Shown piece after piece: positions 45,487 through 55,149 of a stretch of DNA of 56,175 bases (the first letter of the stretch is position 1; each line of letters opens with the position of its first letter). The stretch spans positions 1 to 56,175 of the forward strand of contig JBBKXB010000066.1 in the NCBI GenBank assembly GCA_037969255.1, written 5' to 3'. This DNA is from Bdellovibrionales bacterium. GTDB taxonomy: Bacteria > Pseudomonadota > Alphaproteobacteria > Micavibrionales > JBBKXB01. A program made the translations under genes and the position numbers. The notes under the pieces are model-generated. The model searched no databases. It was not told where the DNA came from and saw only the letters and a program-made list of their open reading frames with translations.

Positions 45487-46569
45487 ATGAATAATTTGAG
45501 TTACAAAACGAAGATTTTTTCGCTGGTTTTAACCAGTGCGCTGTGCATGGCCTCTACTGCAATCGCGCAATCAGACCCGCTTTCTGGCAATAGACTCAAT
45601 GGTCAAGACCCAGCGCCCAATAGTGTGGCCGCCGTACCAAACAGTAATAGTAACGCTGTGCCGCCCCCTGCGCCAGGTGGCGGTGTCTTAAATGATGGTG
45701 AAATTCCTGCGATTTCTGTTGAGTTATTAGCCTTAACACCCGAAGAACAACAAGAACTTGCCCTACAAAATGCCCGTGAGAAGATATTTGACAACACACT
45801 CACGCAAACATTACCGCTTGAGCCAGAAGAAATTAGAGAAGTTATTGACCGCTTTGAACAAACCACCAAGGCTGTTGAGCAACCTTTTGGTAACATCACA
45901 CCAAAAGCGGAAGTGCGCGTCTCCACAATTAATTTAGAACCCAGCGCCACACCTGAAATTATTCACCTCGCACCAGGTCATGTGTCTTCAATCACGATAT
46001 TAGATGCCACGGGGCAACCATGGCCTGTGGCTGATGTGAGCTGGGGCGGTGATTTTGAAGTTCAAACCCCACAAAATGGTGGGCATATTATTCGTGTTTC
46101 TCCGCTTGGCGGGTATAAAGTGGGCAATATGTCGCTTTCTCTTGTTGATTTACCAACACCAGTGACCTTCACATTACAAACACAACCCGACCGCGTTGAT
46201 TACCGCTTTGATGCACGTATGCCCATTCCAGGGCCAAATGCGCTTATTCCTGTGATTGAAACTCCCTTACAAACCCAAGCGGGTGATGGCTCGTTAATAT
46301 CCATTCTTGATGGCGTATCACCGCTCGGCACAACATCCTTAACTGTTTCAGGTGTTGATGGCCGTACATCCGCTTATAAAAACGGTGATCGCGTGTTCGT
46401 ACGCACGCCATTAACGTTATTATCGCCCGCGTGGAGTGAGCAAGTCGCCTCGGCCGACGGGATGACCGTTTACGTGATCCCAGACGCGCCTGTATTATTA
46501 TTGTCTGATAAAGGACGCATGGTACGTGCTTCTTTGTCTGATATTCCGAATGAAGCCATTTTAGAGTAG
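45487..46569 (+). CDS. icmK: T4BSS outer-membrane core protein IcmK/DotH (TraN-like)
   Basis: Start ATG 45487 gives a signal peptide ending AIAQ. About 360 aa, beta-rich C-terminal domain. Position between icmL and icmE. Confidence 0.7.
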   Translation: MNNLSYKTKIFSLVLTSALCMASTAIAQSDPLSGNRLNGQDPAPNSVAAVPNSNSNAVPPPAPGGGVLNDGEIPAISVELLALTPEEQQELALQNAREKIFDNTLTQTLPLEPEEIREVIDRFEQTTKAVEQPFGNITPKAEVRVSTINLEPSATPEIIHLAPGHVSSITILDATGQPWPVADVSWGGDFEVQTPQNGGHIIRVSPLGGYKVGNMSLSLVDLPTPVTFTLQTQPDRVDYRFDARMPIPGPNALIPVIETPLQTQAGDGSLISILDGVSPLGTTSLTVSGVDGRTSAYKNGDRVFVRTPLTLLSPAWSEQVASADGMTVYVIPDAPVLLLSDKGRMVRASLSDIPNEAILE

Positions 46570-46579
46570 AAAAGAAGAT

Positions 46580-47914
46580 ATGAGTAACGAAGACGATATT
46601 TTTGACGATGATTTCAGCGATTTCGGCGATACCGACGGCGAATTCAATGATGGTGACGCTGGTGATGGCGCCAAAAAATCTTTATTAGATGTCTGGAACA
46701 GCAACCCACTCGTTAAAATTGGGATTATCGCTGTGGTTCTTGTTGTCGGTTTGGGCAGTGTTTATGCATTCGTATTGAGTGGTGATAAAGACCCTGAACG
46801 ATCACGCCTTGGTAGCGCGGTGAACGATTCTGAGGCGCCGGGTCAAGTTGTCTCAGAAAACTTTGCTGATGCTTTGGATGAACGTAACCAACAAAATCTT
46901 GAAGCCGCTTTGGGCAATCGTAATGTATCCTCGATCCCTGTGCCCGTGAATCGCGGTGATAATGATTTGCAATTTGATGGCACTCAAAATATTCAAACCG
47001 AAGACCCGCTGGCGATTTGGCAGCGTGAAAATCGTGAACCTGACACCGTCCTTGCACAGCCAGAGCCATTGGGCGAACAAATTATTCCAGAGCCATTGAT
47101 TTTACCGCCACCACCACAACAAGTGGCGCTCCCTGAAGAAAGTATCCAAGGTCTCAACCAAGCCATTGGCAATCAAATCCAAAGCATTTTGGCCAATCGA
47201 CAGGTGAAACCAGGTCAATATCTTGCCCTTAATACTGAAACCGCTGATGGTGGTATCATAGGTCGTTCCCGCGCTGGCGCTGAACAAGCTGGTCTTTTAG
47301 AAGGCGGCAACAACAATGATAACCAGCGTGTTGAGGAAATCGTTGTTCCAGCTGGTACAATTCTCTATGGGCAGATTTTAAATGAAGCCAACAGCGACAC
47401 ACCAGGGCCTATTTTGGCACAAGTGCTCTCAGGCCCCGTGGCTGGCTCTCGCTTCATTGGCGAATTTGAACAACGCGAAGAAAAACTGATCATCAGCTTT
47501 AACACCGCCGTGGTTAAAGGCATAGGACGTCCGATGAGCGGGATTGCCATTGATCCGGCGACCACAAGCCCAGGCCTTGCCACTGATATTGATCGCCGTT
47601 ATTTCCGCCGTATTCTTTTGCCAGCCGCGGCTGAGTTTGTTCAAGGATTAGGTTCTGCTTATTCCGAGCAACAAAGCCAAGTCTTTACCAGCGGCGATGT
47701 GATTGTCACCAACACGGACAAATTAAACACCAAAGAACAATTTGCACGCGGTGTTGAACGTGGCGCTGAACGTGCAGCCAATATATTAGAAGAAGACGGT
47801 GATCGCCTCCGTGCGCTGATACGCGTAGAAGCGGGCACACCCATCGGTATCATCTTAACAGAACCAATTTTAAAGGCGGATGACGATATAGCCATCTCGT
47901 CCGAAATTAGATAA
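46580..47914 (+). CDS. icmE: T4BSS core protein IcmE/DotG (TraO; VirB10/TrbI-like C-terminus)
   Basis: 444 aa. Acidic N-terminus, one TM, Pro-rich linker (LILPPPPQQVALPEE). VirB10-like domain (VPAGTILYGQILNEANSDTPGPILAQV...IAIDP...). Confidence 0.75.
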   Translation: MSNEDDIFDDDFSDFGDTDGEFNDGDAGDGAKKSLLDVWNSNPLVKIGIIAVVLVVGLGSVYAFVLSGDKDPERSRLGSAVNDSEAPGQVVSENFADALDERNQQNLEAALGNRNVSSIPVPVNRGDNDLQFDGTQNIQTEDPLAIWQRENREPDTVLAQPEPLGEQIIPEPLILPPPPQQVALPEESIQGLNQAIGNQIQSILANRQVKPGQYLALNTETADGGIIGRSRAGAEQAGLLEGGNNNDNQRVEEIVVPAGTILYGQILNEANSDTPGPILAQVLSGPVAGSRFIGEFEQREEKLIISFNTAVVKGIGRPMSGIAIDPATTSPGLATDIDRRYFRRILLPAAAEFVQGLGSAYSEQQSQVFTSGDVIVTNTDKLNTKEQFARGVERGAERAANILEEDGDRLRALIRVEAGTPIGIILTEPILKADDDIAISSEIR

Positions 47915-47929
47915 AAAGGGAGCTATAAA

Positions 47930-49162
47930 ATGGCTGACAATATGAATGATGACATAGACAACCAAGTTGATGATCTAGATTTTTCTGATCTTGATTTGGG
48001 TGATGAGTCCTTTGAAAGTGGTGATTTTGATGATGGTGACACGAATAGTGAAGTCACATCTGAGAAAAAAGATTACACCTCATATATTGTATATGGGTTA
48101 ACAGGGCTTGTGGTCTTGGGTATTGCCGCATGGCAACTGGATTTATTTGGCAGTAGCACACCGGAACCATTCCGCGCTGATGACGTGCCTATGAATGATC
48201 AAATGAACAATCAATCTGCTGACCTTTTGCCTGGATCCAATGATCCTTTTAATGTGCTTGGCACTCCTGATCAACTTCCTACACAACAAACAGCGCAAGA
48301 CGATTCTAACAATCCATTGATCTTTGATGCTATGCAACCTGCTGATAGTATGTCGTCCGATACGTTATCTGATGAGGACGCTATGGCTATGGCGAATGAA
48401 CAAAGCGCAGATTTCATCCCTGCACAGAACAACCCCACGCCTACTTTAGAGGGCGACACGCTGCCAATGCCACAACAGCCCGATGTTCTTCTTACTGATA
48501 CAGCCACGCCTACCCCTGCAGAGGCTATGGTTGACGCCCCTGATACTAACAATGAAACGGCTTTTGTTGCCGAACCAACCATTGAAACTGAAAAACCTCT
48601 TCCTACAGCAACGCCTTCAAAAACCGCTAGTATAGGAAACAGTGATGTGAATGCGATCATGACAACACTTGATGCCATCACAAAACGTCTCGATACAATT
48701 GAAACGCGCCTTGAAAACACTGATAACACACCAGCACCAAGCAAAGATATTAATGACTTGCAAAAAGCGATGGTGGCTTTGGAATCTAAACTTAAGACTG
48801 TTGAGAAAAAGGCCGAAGATAAACCTAAAGTGACCAACGCGCCTGCTCAAACGACAGTTTCTAAAAAAGCATCCGTTAAAAAAGCGTCCGTTAAAAAGAA
48901 AAGCACATCTAAGTGGGATCAACCCTACGATGGCGGCGCAATTTTGGATAAAACAACATCTGTTGCCAGCGCTACGACGACTTCAAGTGGTCTATACTCA
49001 TTGCGTGCAGCCCAACCTGGTAAAGGTTATATTGACGATGGGTCAGGCGCGATATTAGAGGTGCGTGTTGGTACAATCATACCAAATATGGGGCAAGTGA
49101 CCTCCATTTCAGACAATAATGGTCAATGGATGGTGATGACCACGCAAGGCGCTATAAAATAG
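47930..49162 (+). CDS. icmG: T4BSS protein in the IcmG/DotF (TraP) position
   Basis: 410 aa. Acidic N-terminus, one TM (IVYGLTGLVVLGIAAW), long P/T/A/D-rich linker, small C-terminal beta domain. The assignment is mainly positional. Confidence 0.45.
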   Translation: MADNMNDDIDNQVDDLDFSDLDLGDESFESGDFDDGDTNSEVTSEKKDYTSYIVYGLTGLVVLGIAAWQLDLFGSSTPEPFRADDVPMNDQMNNQSADLLPGSNDPFNVLGTPDQLPTQQTAQDDSNNPLIFDAMQPADSMSSDTLSDEDAMAMANEQSADFIPAQNNPTPTLEGDTLPMPQQPDVLLTDTATPTPAEAMVDAPDTNNETAFVAEPTIETEKPLPTATPSKTASIGNSDVNAIMTTLDAITKRLDTIETRLENTDNTPAPSKDINDLQKAMVALESKLKTVEKKAEDKPKVTNAPAQTTVSKKASVKKASVKKKSTSKWDQPYDGGAILDKTTSVASATTTSSGLYSLRAAQPGKGYIDDGSGAILEVRVGTIIPNMGQVTSISDNNGQWMVMTTQGAIK

Positions 49163-49246
49163 GATATATTTCTTATACCAAGCCATAAAAACCACTGTTT
49201 TTCATAATTATTACGCCAATGGGTGTTTTTTAGTACAAATTACATG

Positions 49247-49262
49247 TATTTTATGGTATAAC
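49247..49262 (+). promoter_or_regulatory. extended -10 promoter candidate (TATTTTATGGTATAAC) for the icmC-like to icmB genes
   Basis: TGnTATAAC at 49254-49262, 18 nt upstream of ATG 49281. 15-nt identity with 34288-34302. Confidence 0.55.
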
Positions 49263-49280
49263 TGATGCTTAGGGTGTGAA

Positions 49281-50897
49281 ATGAAAAAAATAAAAAATAA
49301 AATTTTTGTAACATGTGGCGCTATATGCGTTTTGGCTGCGATAGGTTTCGGCCTCGCTACGCCTGTGCACGCTCAAAGCGCAAGTTCTTATAAAACAGAA
49401 GTGTCTGTACAGCCCGTCAATAAGGCTGGTGTGTCTCCTGATTCTGATCCACAACAAGATGCCGTTGATGCGCGCCGCGAAGCCCAACAAGATGCCGTTA
49501 CAACACGTCAAGGCCTTATAGCCGTTGACCGCGCTGTGCGCAGTGACCAGATTCAAACTGATCAAGAAAACGCGTATGATGATTATGTTGACCGCGCCTT
49601 TGAACGTGATGTGGTTAAAATCTTAAATAATTCACTTAATCGCGCCGTTGTTGATGCGATCCAAAATGAAGATCGCCGTTACAGCATTGAACAACGAAAT
49701 CAAGCGTATGACGAACAATATGATCGTAATTATGAGCGCGATCAAAAAGCCAACAAAGATAATAGAGACCGCGTGCAAGATCTATTGCAACTCCAAGATA
49801 CTCGTGAGGCCACACGCCTTATTAAGCGTGACCAAGCGGTTGAAACCTTTAAGAAAAAGCAGGCTGCGGATATTAAAAAAGCTCAAGATGCTCGTAATGC
49901 AAATTCTCGCACAGGTGAACGCCAAGCGAAAATTGACAAACGTAATGCAAATGGCACAGCGACGATGGCGAGCTATGATTCAAGCGAAGCCCAAACTCTT
50001 GGCGATATGATTGTGAATTTTGGCGGTAATATGACGCGCCTTCCATCACTATTTTATATCTTCTCTTATGTATCAGGTGCGTTTTTGATGGCGATGGGGC
50101 TTCTTAAAGCCAACAAAGCCACCATGAATCCACAACAAAATCCTGTGAGCAATGCGATCAAGTACATGTTTGCGGGTGTGGCCATGACCGTTCTACCTGC
50201 AACAGTAACAATATTGAAAAACAGCCTTGGTCTTGAACGCTCTACATGGGGTATCGATTATTCGAAAGGTCTCAATGGCGGTGCTCAACAAGCTGGAGAA
50301 GGCGCTGAAGCGGTCGAAAAAGCCGCTGAAACCGCTGCGGGAGGCCTCGATCAATTCTTTGTGACATTGATGCGCGATATTGGCGAGCCGATGTTCCTCG
50401 TGATCAATTTATTTGGTCTTGTGGCTGGTGTATTCTTAATCGCCAATGCCTTACAACGCCTCACCAAAGGCGCGCAAGAAGGCGCGAAAGGTCCCGCTGG
50501 GATTGGTACCATTATGAATTTTGTGGTGGGCGCGGCTCTTATTTCGCTCGTGCCATCAATGAAAGTATTCACTGTTAGCCTCTTTGGTAACTCAAATGTC
50601 GTCACGTTCCCTGACATGTCAACAATTGCTAATCAAATCGGCACAACGGAAGCCTCTATGGCACAGGTCACAGCCGTGATTACATCCTTACTAGGCTTTC
50701 TCGCCATTGTTGGCGCAATCAGTTTCGTCCGCGGACTCTTTATGCTTAAAGATGTGTCCGACGGCGCCCAGAATGCTTCCTTTATGGGAAGTATATCCCA
50801 CCTCGTAGCGGGTGTGTTATGTGTGAACTTTGGAGCATTTTTAAACGTGTTCCAAAACACTTTAAACCTTAACGAATATGGGATACTATTTAAATAA
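49281..50897 (+). CDS. polytopic membrane protein in the icmC/dotE (traQ) position with a long charged N-terminal domain
   Basis: 538 aa. Signal/anchor sequence, about 200 aa of D/E/R/K/Q-rich predicted helix (residues ~35-240), then about six TM segments. The assignment to IcmC is positional only. Confidence 0.35.
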   Translation: MKKIKNKIFVTCGAICVLAAIGFGLATPVHAQSASSYKTEVSVQPVNKAGVSPDSDPQQDAVDARREAQQDAVTTRQGLIAVDRAVRSDQIQTDQENAYDDYVDRAFERDVVKILNNSLNRAVVDAIQNEDRRYSIEQRNQAYDEQYDRNYERDQKANKDNRDRVQDLLQLQDTREATRLIKRDQAVETFKKKQAADIKKAQDARNANSRTGERQAKIDKRNANGTATMASYDSSEAQTLGDMIVNFGGNMTRLPSLFYIFSYVSGAFLMAMGLLKANKATMNPQQNPVSNAIKYMFAGVAMTVLPATVTILKNSLGLERSTWGIDYSKGLNGGAQQAGEGAEAVEKAAETAAGGLDQFFVTLMRDIGEPMFLVINLFGLVAGVFLIANALQRLTKGAQEGAKGPAGIGTIMNFVVGAALISLVPSMKVFTVSLFGNSNVVTFPDMSTIANQIGTTEASMAQVTAVITSLLGFLAIVGAISFVRGLFMLKDVSDGAQNASFMGSISHLVAGVLCVNFGAFLNVFQNTLNLNEYGILFK

Positions 50898-50921
50898 AGC
50901 TAAGGAGGAGGAATAAATCTT

Positions 50922-51317
50922 ATGCTTAAAAAACTAAATCTACTAGGTGCGCGTCTTTCGGCGGTAGTCATGAGCACAACTATACTTATGACAGCTGGTC
51001 AAGCGCTTGCTCAATCTGACGTTAATGACGTTATTGTCCAATCAGGTAGCAACTTGAAAAACGTTGGTGACCTTGTGAATATTGCCGCTTATGGTGGTGG
51101 TGCTGTTCTTACAGCCACAGGTTTGCTGAACTTGAAAAAACATGCGAGCAACCCATCACAAAATTCTTTGCGTGATGCTGTTGGTCCTGCTGTTGTTGGT
51201 GTTGCCCTATTGGCCTTCCCGTCAGCCGCTGGTATTTTGACAGATTCAACATTTGGCGAAACAAGCACAAATCCAGGTTACACAAACAACGCGTTTGACG
51301 CTAACTTCGGAGGCTAA
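50922..51317 (+). CDS. icmD: T4BSS small membrane protein IcmD/DotP (TraR-like)
   Basis: 131 aa with a signal peptide plus two Gly/Ala-rich TM helices. Size and position match IcmD. Confidence 0.5.
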   Translation: MLKKLNLLGARLSAVVMSTTILMTAGQALAQSDVNDVIVQSGSNLKNVGDLVNIAAYGGGAVLTATGLLNLKKHASNPSQNSLRDAVGPAVVGVALLAFPSAAGILTDSTFGETSTNPGYTNNAFDANFGG

Positions 51318-51325
51318 TATTAGCC

Positions 51326-52015
51326 ATGACACTCAGCGTATTATCGAGCGAAGATCGCGAGACATTAGCTGAACTGTCACAATTCGATGGTTTCATCGGA
51401 TTTAAACAATCGGTACAAGAGCGCGATGAACACTCATGCGCGCTCTGTTCTTTTCAGGCGAAAAAATATCAAGAAATTGCGCTTAAGCCTGATGTTCCTA
51501 TTAGCAAAGCGATTAATATGGACAGCGATGACTGGCAAACCATTTGCCAATTTTGTTTACAAACCAGAGATATCACCATTGCTTCTGATATGGAATCGGG
51601 CGTTATGCTATGGCTTCCTGAAATATCACAAAATGATTTAAATAACTTAGCACGGGCTATCTATGTGGCGCGTGTATCCCAAGGCCCTATGGCTGATGCC
51701 GCGCGTAAAATCATGGAAAGCCTTATGCAACGCCGTGAAGTGGCCAAAGCACGCCTTGGCACAGATGATGTGACCATGCTTAAAAATGTGCTCAATGATT
51801 TCCTTGAGGAACGCCATATCAAGGCCATTCCTGATAAACTTGATGGTGTGCGGCTATTCCCACTGGATCGCCGTATGATGAAAGAAGGCGGCGTTGATTT
51901 CAATCAATTCCCACAAATTCTAGCCTATTGGCGCTCTAAAGAAGGTCCATTTGGTGGCAAGCTTCCTGGCACATGGATTGAGAACTACATTAAGTACGCG
52001 GACAAAGCGGCTTAA
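51326..52015 (+). CDS. icmJ: T4BSS cytoplasmic Zn-binding protein IcmJ/DotN (TraT-like)
   Basis: 229 aa, soluble, with two CxxC pairs (CALCSF, CQFCLQ). Position just upstream of icmB. Confidence 0.6.
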   Translation: MTLSVLSSEDRETLAELSQFDGFIGFKQSVQERDEHSCALCSFQAKKYQEIALKPDVPISKAINMDSDDWQTICQFCLQTRDITIASDMESGVMLWLPEISQNDLNNLARAIYVARVSQGPMADAARKIMESLMQRREVAKARLGTDDVTMLKNVLNDFLEERHIKAIPDKLDGVRLFPLDRRMMKEGGVDFNQFPQILAYWRSKEGPFGGKLPGTWIENYIKYADKAA

Positions 52016-52083
52016 TCAAAAAGAGGCTGGATAGCCTTTAATCCCCTGTTGCCCTTATAATCATGCACGTATAGAATTGCACA

Positions 52084-55000
52084 ATGGGTTTTTTCTCATC
52101 CTTTATGACACCGTTTGTAAAATCGGCGCGTTACCCGCTTGAAAGCTTTATCAGGCTTGAAACGGCGGACGATTCAACAACGCTTGTTGCCGAAGACGGT
52201 TCACTTGTCACACTGATTCGCGTGGACGGTTCACGTATCCTTATTGGTGACGAAGAATACAGATATATTATTGAGGCCGCGACCACCAAAATTGGGTCAC
52301 GCTTCGATCAACCTGGTTATGCGATGCAGTTTTTCTTCTCTCGCGACCCAGCGCGTGCCAAAGAACAAATTGATGATTTGGTGCAACCAAGCCGTGCCTC
52401 CGTTGAGGCTATGGATCTCGATCTTGATGATTTGATGCGCGAACGCACGCGCCATCTCTCGCATTATATCCTCAAAGAAGACTATTATGTCGTCTTGTGG
52501 ACGCGTCCATCAGTTCTAAATAAAAACGACATTGATCGTGCGGGTAAACAAGCTAAAAACCGCAAGTGGGTGGTCGCGCCTGATGCGCAATATCCTTTTG
52601 CCGCACTTGATCAATTGCGAACCCGTCATTCCTCATTCGTGAGTGGTATTTTAACCATGTTTGAAGATTTATCAATCAAGGCCGAAGAATTAGAAGTCCA
52701 TGATGCGCTCACATCCATTCGCAATGTGCTCCATCCTGATCTTGCAAACGATAAGTGGCGCGCTTGCGTGCCAGGTGATCCTATTCCACCCCGTGCACAA
52801 AAAACAGCGGGTGATCTCTCCGATATTTTATGGCCACCATTACGCCAGCAATTAACCGCCGCACATGCCGAAATTAAAAACGATCATATGGTGCGCATTG
52901 GGCGCAAACTCTGGTCGGGCTGTGATATGACGCTTGGGCCTATGGACCCATCACCATTTCCCGTGCTCATGAACCGCCTTTTTGAAGCGGGTGTACCGTT
53001 TCGTATATCGTTCCTTATTGAAGGCGGCGGGGTGCAAGGTTCCACGCTTAAAAGCTCTGTGGCCTCAGTACTGGCTGCCACAAACGCGCAAAACCGTTCG
53101 ATTAAAAATTCACTGACACAACTCCAAGCCTATGCCCGTGGGCAACCTGTTGTGCGCATGCGTATGTCGCTCGCCACATGGGCAAACGAAGGTGAAGAAG
53201 ACTTATTAGAAGATCGCCTTTCTACACTTATCCAATCCACCGAGGCATGGGGTTATACCCAAGTTTCCACCTTAATTGGTGACCCGCTTGATTGTGTGAT
53301 GAGTTCGGCGCTTGGGATTGCGTGTGCATCGACTGCGCCGCCAGCCGTGGCGCCTTTGGCCGAAGTGTTCAAACTTATTCCATGGCAACGCCCAAGCTCG
53401 CCCTTTGAGACAGGCTCTGTCATGCTCAGAACGCCTGATGGGAAGGTCTGGCCTTATGCCACAGGCTCTAGCTTAACCACCACGTGGTTCGATCTTATTT
53501 TCGCGCAACCGGGTGCAGGTAAATCTGTGTTGATGAACACGCTCAATCTTGGGACAATCTTGGGCCCTGGACAATCCAAATTGCCCTATGTGGCGGTGAT
53601 TGATATTGGCCCTTCAAGTGCAGGTCTTATTTCTATGATCAAAGAGGCACTTCCTGCCAATCGTAAACATGAGGCGGCGCATTATCGCTGGCAAATGAGC
53701 CCTCAATACGCGGTGAACCCATTTGATACGCAACTTGGGTGCCGTGAACCCTTAATGGATGAACGCGCTTATTTGATTGAGTTGATGATCCTTTTAACAA
53801 CACCCCCAGGGCAAGATCGCCCTTATGACGGGATGCAGCAACTCGCTGGTTTGGTGGTTGATGAAATGTTCCGCTGGCGTGCGGATGGGAATGCCAATGC
53901 CGAACCGCGCCCCTATTTACCGCGCCTTGACAGCGATATTGATGAAGCCTTATCAAAACATAATATTCATTTGCCCACCGATCCATACTGGTGGGATGTG
54001 GTTGATAAATTCTTTGATCTTGAGGAATATCATCTTGCCAATCTGGCACAACGTCACGCGGTGCCCGTGCTTGGTGATGCCATCACAGCCGCCCGTCGTC
54101 CTCAAATTCGCTCACTTCTAGAGGACACACAAATTGGCAATAGCTCAGAAAATGTTATCAATGCGTTTGAACGTATGATCACTTCGGCCATTCGTGAATA
54201 TCCAATTTTATCCGCCGTCACAAGATTTGATATCGCTGGCGCGCGCGTGTGTGCGCTTGATTTGATGGATGTATCACCACAAGGGGACGAATCCGCAGAT
54301 CGTCAAACCGCGATTATGTACATGTTGGCGCGTCACTGTTTGATCCGTAGCTGGTGGGTGAATACGGACAGTCTACGCCAAATCCCTGAAAAATATCAGA
54401 TGTATCACGAACTTCGTATGCGCGATATTTCTGAAACCCCCAAACGTCTTTGCTATGATGAATTTCATCGCACATCCAAATCTAAATCTGTGCGTAATCA
54501 GATTATTCGTGACGTACGAGAAGGTCGTAAACGCGGCGTACAAATTGTTTTATCCTCACAATTATTGGATGATTTTGACAAAGACATGGTCGATTTGGCC
54601 ACAGGTGTTTGGATTTTGGGTACGGCCATCTCTGATAATGCGGTGGACGCCGCCCAAGACCGCTTTGGCCTTTCCAACACAGGGCGCAACATCATTCGTT
54701 ATCGCCTCACGGGACCCCGTTCTGGTGGTGCGCCGTGTCTATTCGTGCTCGGTTCTAATGAGGGTCGCTACGAACAACATCTTATCAACACGCTGGGCCC
54801 CATTGAATTATGGGCGCTCTCTACATCCACCGAAGATGTCGCCATTCGTGATCGCCTTTATGCCAGATTGGGCGCACGCCGCGCCCGTCAAATGCTCGCT
54901 GCCAGTTTCCCTGGTGGATCAGCACGACCAGAGATTAAACGCCGCGTGATGTCGCGCTCTGAAAAAGGTGAAATTCACGCCGCCGCCACATCCGAAGTGA

Positions 55001-55137
55001 TCAAAGAAATTGTCGAGGAAATCGTGGCCGCATCCGAACGTCAAGCCCATGCCGCCGCGAATATTGGTGCGCCTCCTGAACCCGTTCCAGCCCCCATTAA
55101 AAAACCAAGCTTCAAAAAAGAAGCCGATGAAGAGTGA
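52084..55137 (+). CDS. icmB: T4BSS ATPase IcmB/DotO (TraU; VirB4-like)
   Basis: 1017 aa. Walker A QPGAGKSV, Walker B-like LCYDEFHR. Size and position match IcmB. Confidence 0.85.
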   Translation: MGFFSSFMTPFVKSARYPLESFIRLETADDSTTLVAEDGSLVTLIRVDGSRILIGDEEYRYIIEAATTKIGSRFDQPGYAMQFFFSRDPARAKEQIDDLVQPSRASVEAMDLDLDDLMRERTRHLSHYILKEDYYVVLWTRPSVLNKNDIDRAGKQAKNRKWVVAPDAQYPFAALDQLRTRHSSFVSGILTMFEDLSIKAEELEVHDALTSIRNVLHPDLANDKWRACVPGDPIPPRAQKTAGDLSDILWPPLRQQLTAAHAEIKNDHMVRIGRKLWSGCDMTLGPMDPSPFPVLMNRLFEAGVPFRISFLIEGGGVQGSTLKSSVASVLAATNAQNRSIKNSLTQLQAYARGQPVVRMRMSLATWANEGEEDLLEDRLSTLIQSTEAWGYTQVSTLIGDPLDCVMSSALGIACASTAPPAVAPLAEVFKLIPWQRPSSPFETGSVMLRTPDGKVWPYATGSSLTTTWFDLIFAQPGAGKSVLMNTLNLGTILGPGQSKLPYVAVIDIGPSSAGLISMIKEALPANRKHEAAHYRWQMSPQYAVNPFDTQLGCREPLMDERAYLIELMILLTTPPGQDRPYDGMQQLAGLVVDEMFRWRADGNANAEPRPYLPRLDSDIDEALSKHNIHLPTDPYWWDVVDKFFDLEEYHLANLAQRHAVPVLGDAITAARRPQIRSLLEDTQIGNSSENVINAFERMITSAIREYPILSAVTRFDIAGARVCALDLMDVSPQGDESADRQTAIMYMLARHCLIRSWWVNTDSLRQIPEKYQMYHELRMRDISETPKRLCYDEFHRTSKSKSVRNQIIRDVREGRKRGVQIVLSSQLLDDFDKDMVDLATGVWILGTAISDNAVDAAQDRFGLSNTGRNIIRYRLTGPRSGGAPCLFVLGSNEGRYEQHLINTLGPIELWALSTSTEDVAIRDRLYARLGARRARQMLAASFPGGSARPEIKRRVMSRSEKGEIHAAATSEVIKEIVEEIVAASERQAHAAANIGAPPEPVPAPIKKPSFKKEADEE

Positions 55138-55149
55138 TGGTGCTTAACC

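Noticed and set aside
52056-52061. A TATAAT hexamer plus a small AGGCT-GGAT-AGCCT hairpin (52024-52037) between icmJ and icmB, considered as an internal terminator/promoter pair.
   Set aside because: The hairpin has only 5 bp and lacks a U tract. The -10 element has no TG extension or acceptable -35. icmB is more simply read as co-transcribed with the upstream genes.
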